Positions 25,735 through 38,493 of a stretch of 64,000 nucleotides of DNA are shown in pieces. Numbering within the stretch: position 1 is the first letter of the stretch; each line of letters begins with the position of its first letter. Source of the stretch: Isurus oxyrinchus (lineage: Eukaryota); contig JANJGN010000052.1 in assembly GCA_026770705.1 (NCBI GenBank), positions 2,914,001 through 2,978,000 on the forward strand, written 5' to 3'. Under the pieces are notes generated by a model. It made no database searches. It saw only the letters and a list, made by a program, of their open reading frames with translations, and was not told where the DNA came from. The position numbers were made by a program, and so were the translations under genes.

Positions 25735-26030
25735 CATTACTGCATCTCCCGGGTCCCCCTGATTCCCATCGCTCCACCATTGGTGGCCGTGCCTTCAGCT
25801 GCCTGGGGCCCTGAGCTCCGGAATACCCTCCCTTAACCTCTCTGCCTCTCTCTCTCTCTCTCCTTTAAGACGCTCCTTAAAAACTGACATCTTTGACTAA
25901 GCTTTTGGTCACCTATCCCTACTATCTCCATATGTGACTCAGTGTTAGACTTCTCGCTGATTTACGCTCCGGTAATGTGGGCTGGGACATTTTGCAATGC
26001 CATAGGCGCTGTGTAAATGCAAGTTGTGAG
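25735..26030 (+). mobile_element. L2-type LINE 3' end
   Basis: ccaccattggtggccgtgccttcagctgcctgggg (TIGGRAFSCLG); related pieces at 37770-37940 (-) and 59670-59780 (+). Confidence 0.7.
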
Positions 26031-26689
26031 TGTTATGTGGAAGGGAGACCCCAGGCGGCAGTCAGTGCCAGAGACTGGAGTCATTGTGCGCAGACCGTAT
26101 CTAATCTCTCCGAATGCACAATCGGTTTGACTGTCAGCCAAAGCACTTTTGATATTTGATCCTTCTAACTGTTTATAACCAGGCCTACATCATACACCGA
26201 GAGGCTGGTTAATCAACAGACACCTTAGAGGATCGAGTGAAAGACAAAGAGGACTTGCATTTCTCTATAAAAACAAAGAAAACTGCGGATGCTGGAAATC
26301 CAAAACAAAAACAGAATTACCTGAAAAAACTCAGCAGGTCTGGCAGCATTGGCGGAGAAGAAAAGAGTTGACGTTTCGAGTCCTCAGAAGGGTCATGAGG
26401 ACTCGAAACGTCAACTCTTGCATTTCTCTAGCGCCTTCCAACACATCAGGACGTCCCAAACTGTTTCGCAGACAATCAAGTGCTTTTTTTCTTTCATGTG
26501 AGGTCACTGATGTACTGTGGGAAAAGAATCAGCCATTGGCGCACAGTAAGATCCCACAGACAGCAGCATGATAATGTCCAGCGCGCTCCCAGTACTTGCA
26601 CTGCAAGTGTCAGTTCAGGGTGTCTGCTCGATTCTCTGCAACTCTCAGCTCTGAGTTAAAAGGACCACCAGGCGTAATTGAGAAATTAC

Positions 26690-27240
26690 CGAGCTGTCGG
26701 AGGGTCAGTACCGGCGGGGGGGCAGGACAGTCGGAGGGTCAGTACTGAGGGGGTGCTGCATTGTCAGACGGTCAGTCTTGGAGTGCTGCATTGTCAGACG
26801 GTCAGTACTGAGGGAGTGCTGCACAGTCGGAGGGTCAGTACTGAGGGGGTGCTGCACTGTTGAAGGCGCTGTCTTTCAGATGAGATATTAAACTGAGACA
26901 ACATCTGCCCTCTCAGATGGATGTAGAGGATTCCATGGCCACAATTTAAATGAAGTGCGTCAGGAGTTGGGGGTATGTGTGGAGGGGGTGGTGGGGGGTG
27001 GATGGGATGCAGTTATGTCCGCTTTCCTGGGGCAAACATTTATCCCTCAACTGACATTGGTAAAAAACTGAAAATCGGGGCCATTATCACATTTCTGTTT
27101 GTGGGATCTTGCTGTGCGTGAATTGCCTGCTGCGTTTCCTACATTACAGCGGTGAGCTCACTTCAGAAAAAGTCCTTCCTTCAGCTGTGGAACACTTTGG
27201 GCCATCCTGAGGAGGGGAAAGGCGCTATAGAAATGCGCCA
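26690..27240 (+). mobile_element. DeuSINE with amplified 30-bp unit
   Basis: Same layout as 24275-24880. Confidence 0.75.
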
Positions 27241-27771
27241 TCCTCCTTCCAATGACGCGCCTGATTGAAATGATGCCTTCTTTCTTTCCGGAATGTTCTC
27301 ACCTATTGTCCTCCTGCTTTTCCAGGGCTCCTTGCTGCAGCGCCAGAACAGAATGGGCAGACAGCAGCTCTGCAGATTCTGCTGTAACTGCTGTAATTGG
27401 AGAGAACCAAATGAGACTTGTGGTCTCTGCTGTAGATATTAGACCCTGGCCTCATTCACGCAAGGTCATCCTGCACCATGCCACAGCCTCTCCCCTCCTT
27501 ATCTACTGCTTAGCAATCTATTTCACACAGGCCCTGTTCATTAATTCCAACTGAAACTTTACCTGCGTTTTACAGCAGGGAAAGAAGCCATTCGGCCCAT
27601 CTGTTCCATGCTGGAGTTTCTGCTCCACACGAGTCTCCGCCCACCCCTTCTCCATCTCACCCCATCACCATATCCTTCTATTCATTTCTCCCTCGTGTGT
27701 TAATCCAGCTTCCCCCTTAAATACATCGACACTATTCACCTCACGTGACTGTGTTTGTGCCTGTCTTTATG

Positions 27772-27803
<32 letters not shown>

Positions 27804-29919
27804 ACTGTCAATATGTGTGTGTCAATGTGAATGTGTGTGATTGTGTCAGCGTGTGTGTGTGTTTGTGTGACTGTCAGTGCGTGTCAATGTGAATGTGTGT
27901 GATTGTGTCAGCGTGTGTGTGTGTGTGTGTGTGACTGTGTCAGTGTGTGTCAATGTGAATGAGTGAGTGTGTCAGTGTGTCTGTGTGGGTGTGTGTGACT
28001 GTGTCAGTGTGTGTCAATGTGAATGAGTGAGTGTGTCAGTGTGTCTGTGTGGGTGTGGGTGTGTGAGTGTGCAAGTGAATGTGTGAGGAATCTTATGACT
28101 AAGTCATTTGAATGGATGTTACTGGGGTTAATGATAGTTAAAATTCAGAGAGATGTAAAGCGGGCTCCTGATTTTGCTGCTTTATGCTCCCGGGCACAGA
28201 TTCACCCCGACAATGTGTTCATGATTCACCATCATCTTGTCGGGACTTTAATTGTAAAGATTATGATTTGTGAAAAAAAATGAATAAACAACTTTTGTCT
28301 TCACAAAGTGTCTGGCTTGGTATTTCAGGCTACTTGTCTCTCCCTCACCCTCCCCCCCCACCATGCCCCCCACACCAGGGAACAATTGTCCCCCCTTCCT
28401 CTGAAGTTCTGGGTAAAGATCAGCTTTGTTCAATGCAAACTGTTCCGACATCGAGAACGTTGTTACAAATATCACACAAAGGGCACACGCCATGATAGCC
28501 CACTTTCAACAGATTTTACCAGTTGACCAGGTTGAAAACCTTTTCATAAACCACGACGTAGGTGTTCAATTCTTGCTGCTGTTTGCTTAATGTTCTCATA
28601 ACTGCTATAACCTCTCTAGTTCCACTACATAACAACACCAACATAAATAAACAGAAGCAGGAGTAGGCCTTTTGGCCCCCCAAGCCAGCTTGTCCATTCA
28701 ATTTGAACCTGGCTCCTGCTGAAAGTTATTTAAGTTGAAGCGATAAAGCCATCAGGTGCAGGGATTAAAATGTAAGCAAAGGAAAAATAATACTTAGACA
28801 TGAGATTTAAAATCAGTTTCTGTGAAGAATCATACTGAGGCCATTGCTCTGGATTCCTTCTTTCCAGAGTTATGGGTTTAAAACTAGGAGTCACATTCAG
28901 CAGCTGCGTTGTCTTCTCTAGTTGACTATTTGGAGGTTGCCTGTAGATGTGAATCAGCAGGTGAGCAGCTTTGGGGAGTGAGTGAAGGTCCCTTTTATTT
29001 ACAGGATCTGCCACAGGGTGTGCAGGAATATTCTTGCTGAATTCTCCATCCTTGCACTCATGAAGGGTTTGAAACTGGAAGTCATATTCAGCAGCTGCAA
29101 TGGCCTTTGTAGTCAACTGTCTGGAGGTTGCCTGTACAGGTGGACTCGGCATGTCAACAGCTTTGTTGGGCGGGGGACACGGGTAGTAAAGGTCCCTTTA
29201 CTTTAAAGGCTCTGCCAGTGCAAAACTTGATGATCCTGGGTCAAAATCATGTATCACCCTCCCCAACAGCACTGTGGATGTGCCCTATGGAGGTTCCTTG
29301 GCTTCGACAAGCAGCCTACCAGCTCTGCTCTCAATTCCTCTTCGCACTTGCTTCCTTCCTCCTCTGGTCTTTACTTTGTTATAGTGTTAGTGTCCGCTCT
29401 GCCTTTTTTGTAGCTTTCCCAATTCTTCCCACCAACTCTCTCTGGCTTGATCCTTCTCTGTGCTCATCTCATTGGTTTGAGTTTCTATCCGTTCATTGAC
29501 CTGGTGTAATCTGAAACTGGTGCAATCAGGTAGGGTTGGGGGGGTTGGCGCTGGCCGTGGGTGGTGATACACGGCTACCTTTTTACCAAAATTCTTTCAC
29601 GGGATGTGGACAGCGTTTGTTACCTGTTCCTGACTGACCCCTTGAGAAGGGGGTGCTGAGCTGCCTTTTCGAAGTGCTGCAGTTCACCTGGTTTGACTGG
29701 TCTGTGGCGGGTTTTGATATAACTCAGTGGCTTGCTCGGCCATTTCAGGGGCCAGTTAAGAGTCAACCACATTGCTGTGGGTCAGGAGTCACACGTAGGC
29801 CAGAATGGGTAAGGACGGCAGGTTTCCTTCCCCAAAGGGCATTAGTGACCCAGATGGGTTTTTGCAACAATTGGCGTTAGTTTCATGGTCACCATTACTG
29901 AGACTAGCTTCGCATTCCA

Positions 29920-31890
29920 GATGTCACATCCATGTGGACAATTAAACAACTCACTGGAGGAGGAGTCTCCACAAATATCCCCATCCTCAATGATGGAGGA
30001 GCCCAGCACGCCAGTGCAAAAGACAAGACTGAAGCATGCGCAACAATCTTCAGCCAGAAGTGCTGAGTGGGTGATCCATCTCGGCCTCCTCCGGAGGTCC
30101 CCAGCATCAGAGATGCCAATCTTTAGCCAATTCGATTAATTCCACGTGATATCAAGGAAGGGCTGAAGGCACTGGATATTGCAAATGCTCCAGACCCTGA
30201 CATTATTCCGGCAATAGTACTGAAGACTTGTGCTCCAGAACTTGCTGCGCCCCTAGCCAAGCTTTTCTGGAATTTTCTAGTACAGCTGCAACACTGGCAA
30301 CTACCCGGCTATGGGGTACGTCCTGTACACAAAAAGCAGGACAAATCCAACCCAGCCAATTCCCCAGCAGTCTATTCTTGATCATTACTAAAGTGATGGA
30401 AGGGGTCATCAACAGCGCTTGCAAGCAGCACCTGCTTACCAAGAACCTGCTCACTGACGCTCAGTTTGTGTTCCACCAGGATCATTCAGCTCCTGGCCTC
30501 ATTACAGCCTTGGTTCAAACATGCACAAATGAGCTGAACTCCAGAGGTGAGGTGAGAGTGACTGCCCTTGACATCAAGGCAGCATTTGACTGAGTGTGGC
30601 AAAACAAGGAGCCCGAGCAAAACTGGAGTCAATGGGAATCGGGGGAAAACTCTCCGCTGCTTGGAGTCATACCCAGCACAAAGGACGATGGTTGTGATTA
30701 TTGGGGGTCAATCATCTCAGTTCCAGGACATCACTGCAGGAGTTACTCAGGGTAGTGTCCTAGGCTCAAACATCTTCAACTGCTTCATCAATGACCTTCC
30801 TTCCATCATAAGGTCAGAAGTGGGGATGTTTGCTGATGTTTGCACAATGTTCAGCATCATTCATGGCTCCTCAGATACTGAAGCAAGTTATGTCCAAATG
30901 CAGCAAGACCTGGACAACATCCAGGCTTGGGCTGACAGGTGACAAGTAACATTCATGCCACACAAGTGCCTGGCAATGACCAGCTCCAACAAGAGAGAAT
31001 CTAACTGAAGGCGCAGAAAATTTGGATTTATTTTAAAGAGCCAGCCAGGACCAGCAGCTAGGGTGACAAAGCGTACACAGACAATCACATCCTTACGTGA
31101 AAGCTAAAAACCTGTACAAAGGGCTCAGCTGGAAATTTGCAATGAGGAAATGGGAGACACACACACAAGGACACAGGGTGACTCAATCAAGAATTGGGGA
31201 AGGTTATTTCACACCGTCCGATGGCCTTGAACCACATCCAGTCAGCCTCCGGAAACCTTTTGTATCGAACAAACATAGATTCTTTGCTGTCTCAAAAGGA
31301 CAATAGCCAGTCTCTGCCCTGTAATTACTGTACAAGAACACAATTATCAGCCCACCGGAGGGTCATTGTGCTGTGGCCTTTGTCTAACTAATACCATTAC
31401 CTTGTAACTGAGAGTAAAAAATATATAAACTGTGCTCATTTGAACTTCGGTGGAGAAGCGCCTGGACTGCTCAGCGTTTGCTCCCCACATGCCTAATAAA
31501 GGAACCACTTGAATATTGCATCTGGAGTCCGAGTGTTGACATTTTGTACCAGAATATCCCACAGACCATTCATAACCATCGCCCCTTGGCATTCAATGGC
31601 ATTACCATCACTGAATCCCCCAATATCAACATCCTGGGAGTTACCATTGAGCAGAAACTGAACTGGACCAGCCATATAAACACTGTGGCTGCAAGAGCAG
31701 GTCAGAGGCTGGGAACCCTGCAGACAGTAACTCACCTCCTGACTCCCCAAATCCTGTCCACCATCTACAACGCACAAGTCAGGAGTGTGATGGAATACTC
31801 TCCACATGCCTGGATGAGTGCAGCTCCAACAACACTCAAGAAGCTTGACACCATCCAGGACAAAGCAGCCCGATTGATTGGCTCCCCTTC
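29920..31890 (+). mobile_element. CR1/L2-group LINE ORF2 fragment
   Basis: ALDIKAAFD, AGVTQGSVLG, GMFADV RT motifs; RSVMEYSPHAWMSAAPTTLKKLDTIQDKAARLI. Confidence 0.9.
31006..31572 (+). mobile_element. Solo LTR (567 bp) with 4-bp TSD TAAC
   Basis: TGAA...TTCA termini, TAAC at 31002-31005 and 31573-31576, TATATAAA at about 31422, AATAAA at 31495-31500. Removing it restores the LINE sequence. Confidence 0.85.
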
Positions 31891-33384
31891 CACAGAGCTA
31901 GATAGATTCTTGATTAACAATGGGGTGAAAGGTCATTGGGGGTAGGCAGGAATGTGAGGTTGAGGTGACAATCAGATCAGCCATGATCTTACTGAATGGC
32001 GGAGCAGGTTCGAGGGACTGAGTGACCTTCTCCTGATCCTAACTCAGATATCCATATGTTCTCAAAGGCAAATGGGGATGGGCAACAAATACTGGCCTAG
32101 TCAGCGACACCAACATCCCTGAAATGAATAAGAAAAAAATGTATCAATCAATTAAATTTATTGATTAATCGAATTGAAATTCCTCCAGCTGCCGTGGTGG
32201 GATTTGAACCCGTACCTCCAAAGCATTCACCTGGGCCTCTGGATCACTGGCCTAGTGCCATTCCCATTGTGCGACTGTCTGCTATCATCATGGCTCTTTC
32301 ACATCGATGTGGAAGTCCTGATAACAGAAGCATTGGACGAGGTACAGAAAGGTGTCAGATCAGGAGCTCCATTGCTCAATATGAACGGATAATAAAGATA
32401 AATGAACATAAACCTTCCAGTCGCTAATTAGGGAGTCACTGTGGAGCCCATGAGTCCCTCGCAGCGCTATTGCAACCTTCTGGATCCCCAGTAGGGGACT
32501 CGGGGTGCAGCTGTGTCTTCCTCATCATTTGGAAAAGCCGGAATTGTTCGGGTGCCCCTTCAAACAGGCCAAAGATGCAGTGGGTGATGTCTCCCACAGG
32601 CCCTGGGAGACCTCCCCTGCCAATTTGTTTTGTAGCTTATTCTTCAACTGCGACATTGGATCAGCTTGAAAAAGGGTGAGGCTGAGGCAATACCACCAGG
32701 TAAGCGTCTATCCCCTCCCACTTCACCCCCCCCACCCCCGTAACCATCACAGTCCCTCCCATCGTGCTGGAGGAGCATAATGTGCACATTCCCCTCCTTC
32801 CAATCAGTCTCCTCCCTTCCTCTCTAATCCTTGATCTTATTGTGTTCGGGGTTGACATCCCAGTCCTCCTCCCTAGACTGTCTGATGTTGACATCCCAAT
32901 GCCCCATGTAGACCTGACCTCTCTCCAACTAGAGGCCCATTGTACTGTGACTTACAGAGACCACCGGCCCCCCTCGATTCCCACCCCCACCCCTACCCTC
33001 TATATTACCTGCTCCCCACTGACAGGCTGCAGATGCCTCCCCTGACTGGGATTGTGCCACCTGCGGCCTAGTATCAAGCCACCCACCCCCAGGACCGACG
33101 TGTGTGAGCGACTGACCACGTCCTGCACACCATGCTGGGCACCACCAACCCAGGACTGCCAGGCTGTCCCCACCACACTGGACTGGGACTAGAATAGGCG
33201 TGCCAAGCACAGCTCTCTAAATCGTGGCGCAGACCCACAGCACTCGCAATGTTTTGTGGCCCGAATCCTTGCTGAGGAACTGGCCAGCACTAAAAGCAAA
33301 AAAACTGCAGATGCTGGAAATCCAAAACAGAAACAGAAACAGAAATACCTGGAAAAACTCAGCAGGTCTGGCAGCATCGGCTCT

Positions 33385-33709
33385 ATCTCTTACAATCTAT
33401 CGCAGCATGAAAAAGGTGCAGCATTCAGAAAGCACATTCCAATCAGAGAACAGAGTTTAGCAACGTCACATTTCTGTTCATTCCTATTTGACCATGTTGG
33501 CTGCACACAGCCAGACAATGCCGTGGTTATTATGTGTCCACACAGCAGGACTGGGGAGCACCAGGTATAAGGAGAAGTTTCAGCTTGCTGAGGAGAAGAA
33601 GGACAATCTCTCGTTCCAGGATTCTCTCCGTACATTAAGAAGCAGGCATGCCGATGTTTCATTGCACTCTGTCTGCTGATGGGAGTCCGCTTGGAAATTG
33701 CTGTTTGTG
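33385..33709 (-). other. Probable 3'-UTR exon of gene B
   Basis: Acceptor ctttccatcag; 33385-33510 is homologous to the gene C 3' UTR at about 7770-7900. Confidence 0.6.
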
Positions 33710-33719
33710 CTGATGGAAA

Positions 33720-34340
33720 GAATAAGCTTTTCATAAATCGAAGGATTGAGTACAAACACAGGGAGGTTATGCTGAACATTTATAAAGCTCTGGTTAGGTC
33801 ACAGCTAGAGCATTGTGTCCAGTTCTGGTCTCCTCACTTTGGGAAGGAAGTGAGGGTCCTTGAGAGGGTGGGGAGGAGATTGAGCAGAATGGGTCCAGGG
33901 ATGAGGGATTTTAGCTACAAGGTTGGGTTGGAGAAGCTGGGGTTGTTCTCCTTGGAGCAAAGGAGATTGAGGGGGGATCTGATCGAGGTGTACAAGATGA
34001 TGATGGGTTTAGATAAGGCAGACAAAGAGAAGCTGTTGCCATTAGCTGATGGGACAAGGACTGGGGGACACAGATTGAAGATTTTGGGCAGAGGGGGGAT
34101 GTGAGGAGGAACTTTTTTACACAGCGAGTGGTAATGAGCTGGAACTCGCTGCCTACGAGGATGGTGGAAGCGGAGACGATGAACAATTTCAAAAGGAAAT
34201 TGGATGGACACTTGAGGGGAAATAAACTTGCAGGGATACGGGGATAGAGCGGGGGAATGGGACTGAGTGGATTGCTCTACAGAGAGACAACATGGACTCA
34301 ATGGGCTGAATGGTCTCCCACTGTCCTGGAATGCCTCTCT
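33720..34340 (+). mobile_element. CR1 LINE 3' fragment
   Basis: YKALVRSQLEHCVQFWSPH..SLEQRRLRGDLIEVYK plus 3' tail. Confidence 0.9.
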
Positions 34341-34448
34341 GATACGAAGGTGATTCTAACCAGGACACTGACCAGTTTCATTACACTTAACCCAACATCA
34401 CACGTTATTTGTCCGCACTGACTGACCAGATTGTTGCTGTACAAAGCT

Positions 34449-34588
34449 TCAAACAGTCTGTCGACTTCCTTTCACTGTTTGTCTCTCCCAGACACAGACT
34501 CCAGCGATAGTGATAACCACAGCCACAAGGAATATCACAGCTCGTATTCCCAGGATCAGGATCACGTGCAGAATCTCTCCTCCACTGT
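34449..34588 (-). CDS. Activating-type TM exon SGGEILHVILILGIRAVIFLVAVVITIAGVCVWERQTVKGSRQTV* (gene B)
   Basis: Acceptor gttctctag, phase 1, long hydrophobic run with one Arg (CGA 34542-34544), 12-residue tail, TGA at 34449-34451, probable donor gtcagt after 34427. Confidence 0.82.
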
Positions 34589-34984
34589 CTAGAGAACACA
34601 CAGAAAGAAATCATCACTGACTCTCCGCTTTCAATCTCTCACTCTGGCTGAACAATCAAGCTTCATATCACTGCAACATTTGCTGTAATATTGACCCATC
34701 CACTGGGATTCAATGTGGAATGAATGTTTTCATTGTAAACACTCTAAGAGTGGACAATCGGAACTTTCCCCTTAGCGTGGAACATTGGTGAGAATGGATC
34801 ATTGTGCTGTTGGACTCCCAGTCCAATGTTTCTCTCCATCACTGTGTACAGGATTGTGCTGTAGAAAATTCTGGAAACGTTTAGTGCAGGGTTGAAATCC
34901 ATCTCGGACGTGTGTGCGAATCGGGCAGGATCGAGATGGACTCCCCCACGGACTTACACCCCCCGCTTAATAAACAGTTCCAAT

Positions 34985-35355
34985 CTTTACCCAGAGAGAG
35001 GGGAGAATGTGGAACTCGCTCCCACAGGGAGTGGTTGAGGTGAACAGTATCGATGTATTTAAGGGGCAGGAGGGTCGGTAACCAGAGGGACACAGATTGA
35101 CCAACTGGAGGGGGAGATGAGGAGAATTTGTTTTGACAGAGCGAGTTGTTGTCATCTGGAAGGTGCTGCCTGAAAGGGCAGCGGAAGCAGATTCAATAGG
35201 AACTTTCAAAAGGGAAATTGGATAAACACTTGAAGGAGGAAGATGGGGGCAAAGTGGAGTGGTGGTTAGTGGATCTGATTGGATAGAACATTGAAAGACC
35301 TGGCACAGGCATAATGGGCTGAATGGCCTCCTCCTGTGCTGTATCATTCTCCGCT
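34985..35355 (+). mobile_element. CR1 3' end fragments
   Basis: tggaactcgctcccacag and gggctgaatggcctcctcctgtgctgt tail motifs. Confidence 0.7.
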
Positions 35356-36251
35356 TCCATGATCTCTCCCCCAGTCAGTAACCACTCCAGATCCCTCTTG
35401 AAGGTGACAGAGAGACAGCAACGACCACACCCACTGACAGCACATTCCCGAGGATCCCTACTCTCTGGGAAAAGATGAACTCCCCAACATCCAGCCTATT
35501 CCTGCTTCCCGGAGAGTGTAAACCCTTCAGGGAGGCGCTGAGGAAGTTTTCAATAAAATGAATTATCAAATCTACCGTTTGAGAAATAATTGAATTCCGA
35601 TGAACTCCCAGCTTGTGTAGCAAACTGGGAAGTAGATTTGCTTGAAAAGCTGGGAAACACAAGGATTAAGTGCTACAATGCCACCACTGGTGGGAGGCTG
35701 TAACTACAGTGTGACGTTTACATAGGCAGTCATCACTATAAACAGGGGCTTTGGACATAATGGTCACGGAAATAGTGAGAACAGGATGTAAGCTTTTCAT
35801 CAGCAGGAATTCTCTTACTAAACCTCTCCACCTCTCTCTTACTCTCAGATTCACAAAAAAATCACATAATCAGATAAAGAGGAGTTGGGACTATTTATTC
35901 GTCAAAGGGTTAGGTTTCAGGTAGCTCCTTAAAGGGAGAGAGAGAGTTGGAGAAGCAAAGAGTATCTATGAGTGCCTCTATGCATCTGAGTGTTTGTACG
36001 AGTAATTTCCATATTCTTCCATAAATATGAATGGGAACACAAATCCCAGAATTCAGCCCACGCTCCAGTGCAGTACTGAGGGAGGTCAGGTAACCCATGA
36101 GGGAGTCTTGTGCTAGTGTGTTTGTTTGTGAGTGTGTCTTTGTGTGTGGTCATATATGTGTGTCTGCACGTGTCTATTTAGGTCTGTACGTTTGAGGGTG
36201 TTTGTGTAGTATTCGAATCTGAGAGAGATGTTGAAGTCTGTGTACACTCAC

Positions 36252-36404
36252 ATTCCACAGTAATGGTTATGAACCCCTCCACTGCTCCATGTTCATTCTC
36301 TGCCACACACTGATAGTCGCCAGTGTCCCTGGATGTAACGTGAGGAATCACCAACCACAGCTCATTGTTGGAACTTGTTCTGTTCATTGGGACATTAAGA
36401 TGTC
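36252..36404 (-). pseudogene. Gene B 3' half of the domain-3 C2 exon; 5' half and whole domain-2 exon missing
   Basis: Matches the other domain-3 copies from RHLNVPMNRT to TITVE with a GTGAGT donor; homology stops abruptly at about 36404. Confidence 0.88.
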
Positions 36405-36927
36405 AGGGAGGGAATCAAGAACCCCGTATGCACAATTACCAACAGAAAGTGAACAACAATTTATACTTAATGGGAAGACAGTGCTGATTGGTTGGCAAGT
36501 GGTCTCTGATAGGTGGAGGTGTTGCCGTGGAGAATGGTGTGTGCGAGATGTAAAGTTTAGACAGCTTGTCTCTTCATTCAGCAATAATCAAATAAAGATC
36601 AATTAACTTCTATCGACTGTGAAGCATTTTGAGAGGCATGAGAATGTGGACACTGAGAACGGGCTGCACTGTCAGAGGGTCAGCGCTGAGGGAGTGCTGA
36701 TGTAGAATGAAAGATGTCGGTACAGTTAATGCTTTTCATCATTGATATTAAAGTGATTTTTAGAGGTTGCTTTAGGACTGAACTGGAAGCTATCACCAGG
36801 TTATTGAGAATCAGACAGTGTGTTATAATAAGCTGTGTTTTGTGTTATTATGTAAACGTCACAGTTTGTGTTATTTCCCATTGAGTGTTGGATGTGAATT
36901 GTTGAGTAATTATAACACAGCACTTAC

Positions 36928-37301
36928 CAGAAACGTCAAGCTGGGTTACAGGATACTAGCTGTAACTATTCCTGCTGTCAAACTCTATTCTGAAAAAATA
37001 AGGTCCTGCATCTTCCCGTCTGATGTTGTTTATAATCAGGGAACAGTCGCCATCTTTCAGGTCTCCAGACAGCCGGGTCCGATGGCGGAATCTTTGATCC
37101 CTGTGACTGTGACCCTCGGAGTGAAAGGCTATAGACCATTTAGGCTGTGGGTTCCCATCTATTCCTTTCAACCAGATTCCGCACGTGATCTCCCTACGAA
37201 ATTTGATAAGTAACTGGAATGACATGGAATCGGTACACATGAACCTTCCTGTGCTGTCACCTCTCGTGGAGTGTCACCTTTCCACTCTTGTGACAGTCCA
37301 A
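36928..37301 (-). pseudogene. Gene B Siglec V-set exon, disrupted
   Basis: 374 nt (not a multiple of 3). Frameshift near 37180-37195 splits GSCVPIPC from GDCSL..YFFRIEF, and there is a TAG stop at 36956-36958. Splice sites are intact. Confidence 0.9.
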
Positions 37302-38004
37302 CTGGGGAGAGAAATATCAACATTTGACTCTGGATAGTTTGTAGATCCACTAGACTCGATATCCACCCCCTCCATCACTGGGGCACAGTGGCTGCAGTGT
37401 GGACCATCTACAGGACACACAAGGAACTCCCCAAGGTTTCACAAAGGATGGAACAGAATCCTGGACACAGGAGTGGACAATTTCATTCTACATTGGCTCA
37501 TGGTCCTCAGGACCCTGTTTAGTGAAGCCAGTCTTCCACCCAACACAGTGTCCACAAGATACACAGGGAAACTGTGTAAATATCTCATCTCTCAACACTG
37601 AATGGGCTGAGCTTCAGTTTAACTTTCAGTATTGTTAAATTTCCTTATTGTGGTTGCTATGGTGAAACTGTGCAGGAAGTGTGAGGGCTGGACTCTCTGT
37701 CTATTCTCACTGCAGCTGTGATGTGGTCGTGGTGATTCTCAGTAAAATGAAACCCTCTGAGCTCCTCCATCCCCGAGGTTTAGGGAGTGAATTCCAGAGC
37801 TCAGGCCCCAGGCAGCTGAAGGCACGGCCACCAGTATTGGAGTGATGGGAATTGGGGGATGGTCAAGAGGCCGGAATTGGAGTAACACAGAGATCTGGGA
37901 AGTTGTTTGGGTGAGTTGCAGGAGGTTACAGAGATAAAGAGATAAGAATGATCTTTTACAAAGACTGTTAAACATAAATCTGTCCAAGCTGACGATGATA
38001 TTAC

Positions 38005-38083
38005 CTTGGAGAAGTGACAAGAGGAAGTAGACTTCCCGATCATTGTCCACTCCCAGATATTCCATCCACTTCTCACTCTCAAG
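38005..38083 (-). pseudogene. Gene B leader exon with a 1-nt deletion relative to gene A
   Basis: ATG at 38043 to donor is 39 nt, versus 40 nt in gene A. An upstream ATG at 38065 gives in-phase MEYLGVDNDREVYFLLSLLQ. Confidence 0.8.
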
Positions 38084-38493
38084 CTGTGAAAGAGAAAGGA
38101 GTTAATGAGACCTCACCTCTTGTCCAGCACCTTTCGAGAGATCAGAACTGCTTTTAGACAATGTCTTCACAGACTAATTTGATTCTCTGTGGGATGATAG
38201 GTGCTCTGCAGAGAGTTACAAGGCTTTAAGAAAGACAAACAATGAAGGATTTGCATTTCTATAGCACCTTTCACCACCTCAGGACATCCCAAAGCTCATG
38301 TCTCTGCACTTCCCTCATCCCCTGAGCTAGAAAGATGTTCTGTACAACAGACTTGAGTCTCACACCCAGATCTCAATAACCAGTAGAAATCTTTCAAAGA
38401 CATCATTCATTGGAATCTCTCTTTATAAAGTCACAACATCAACAAAGGACGGTGTTGGTGGTGGAAGTGAATTCCAATCGTTCCGTTACTTAC

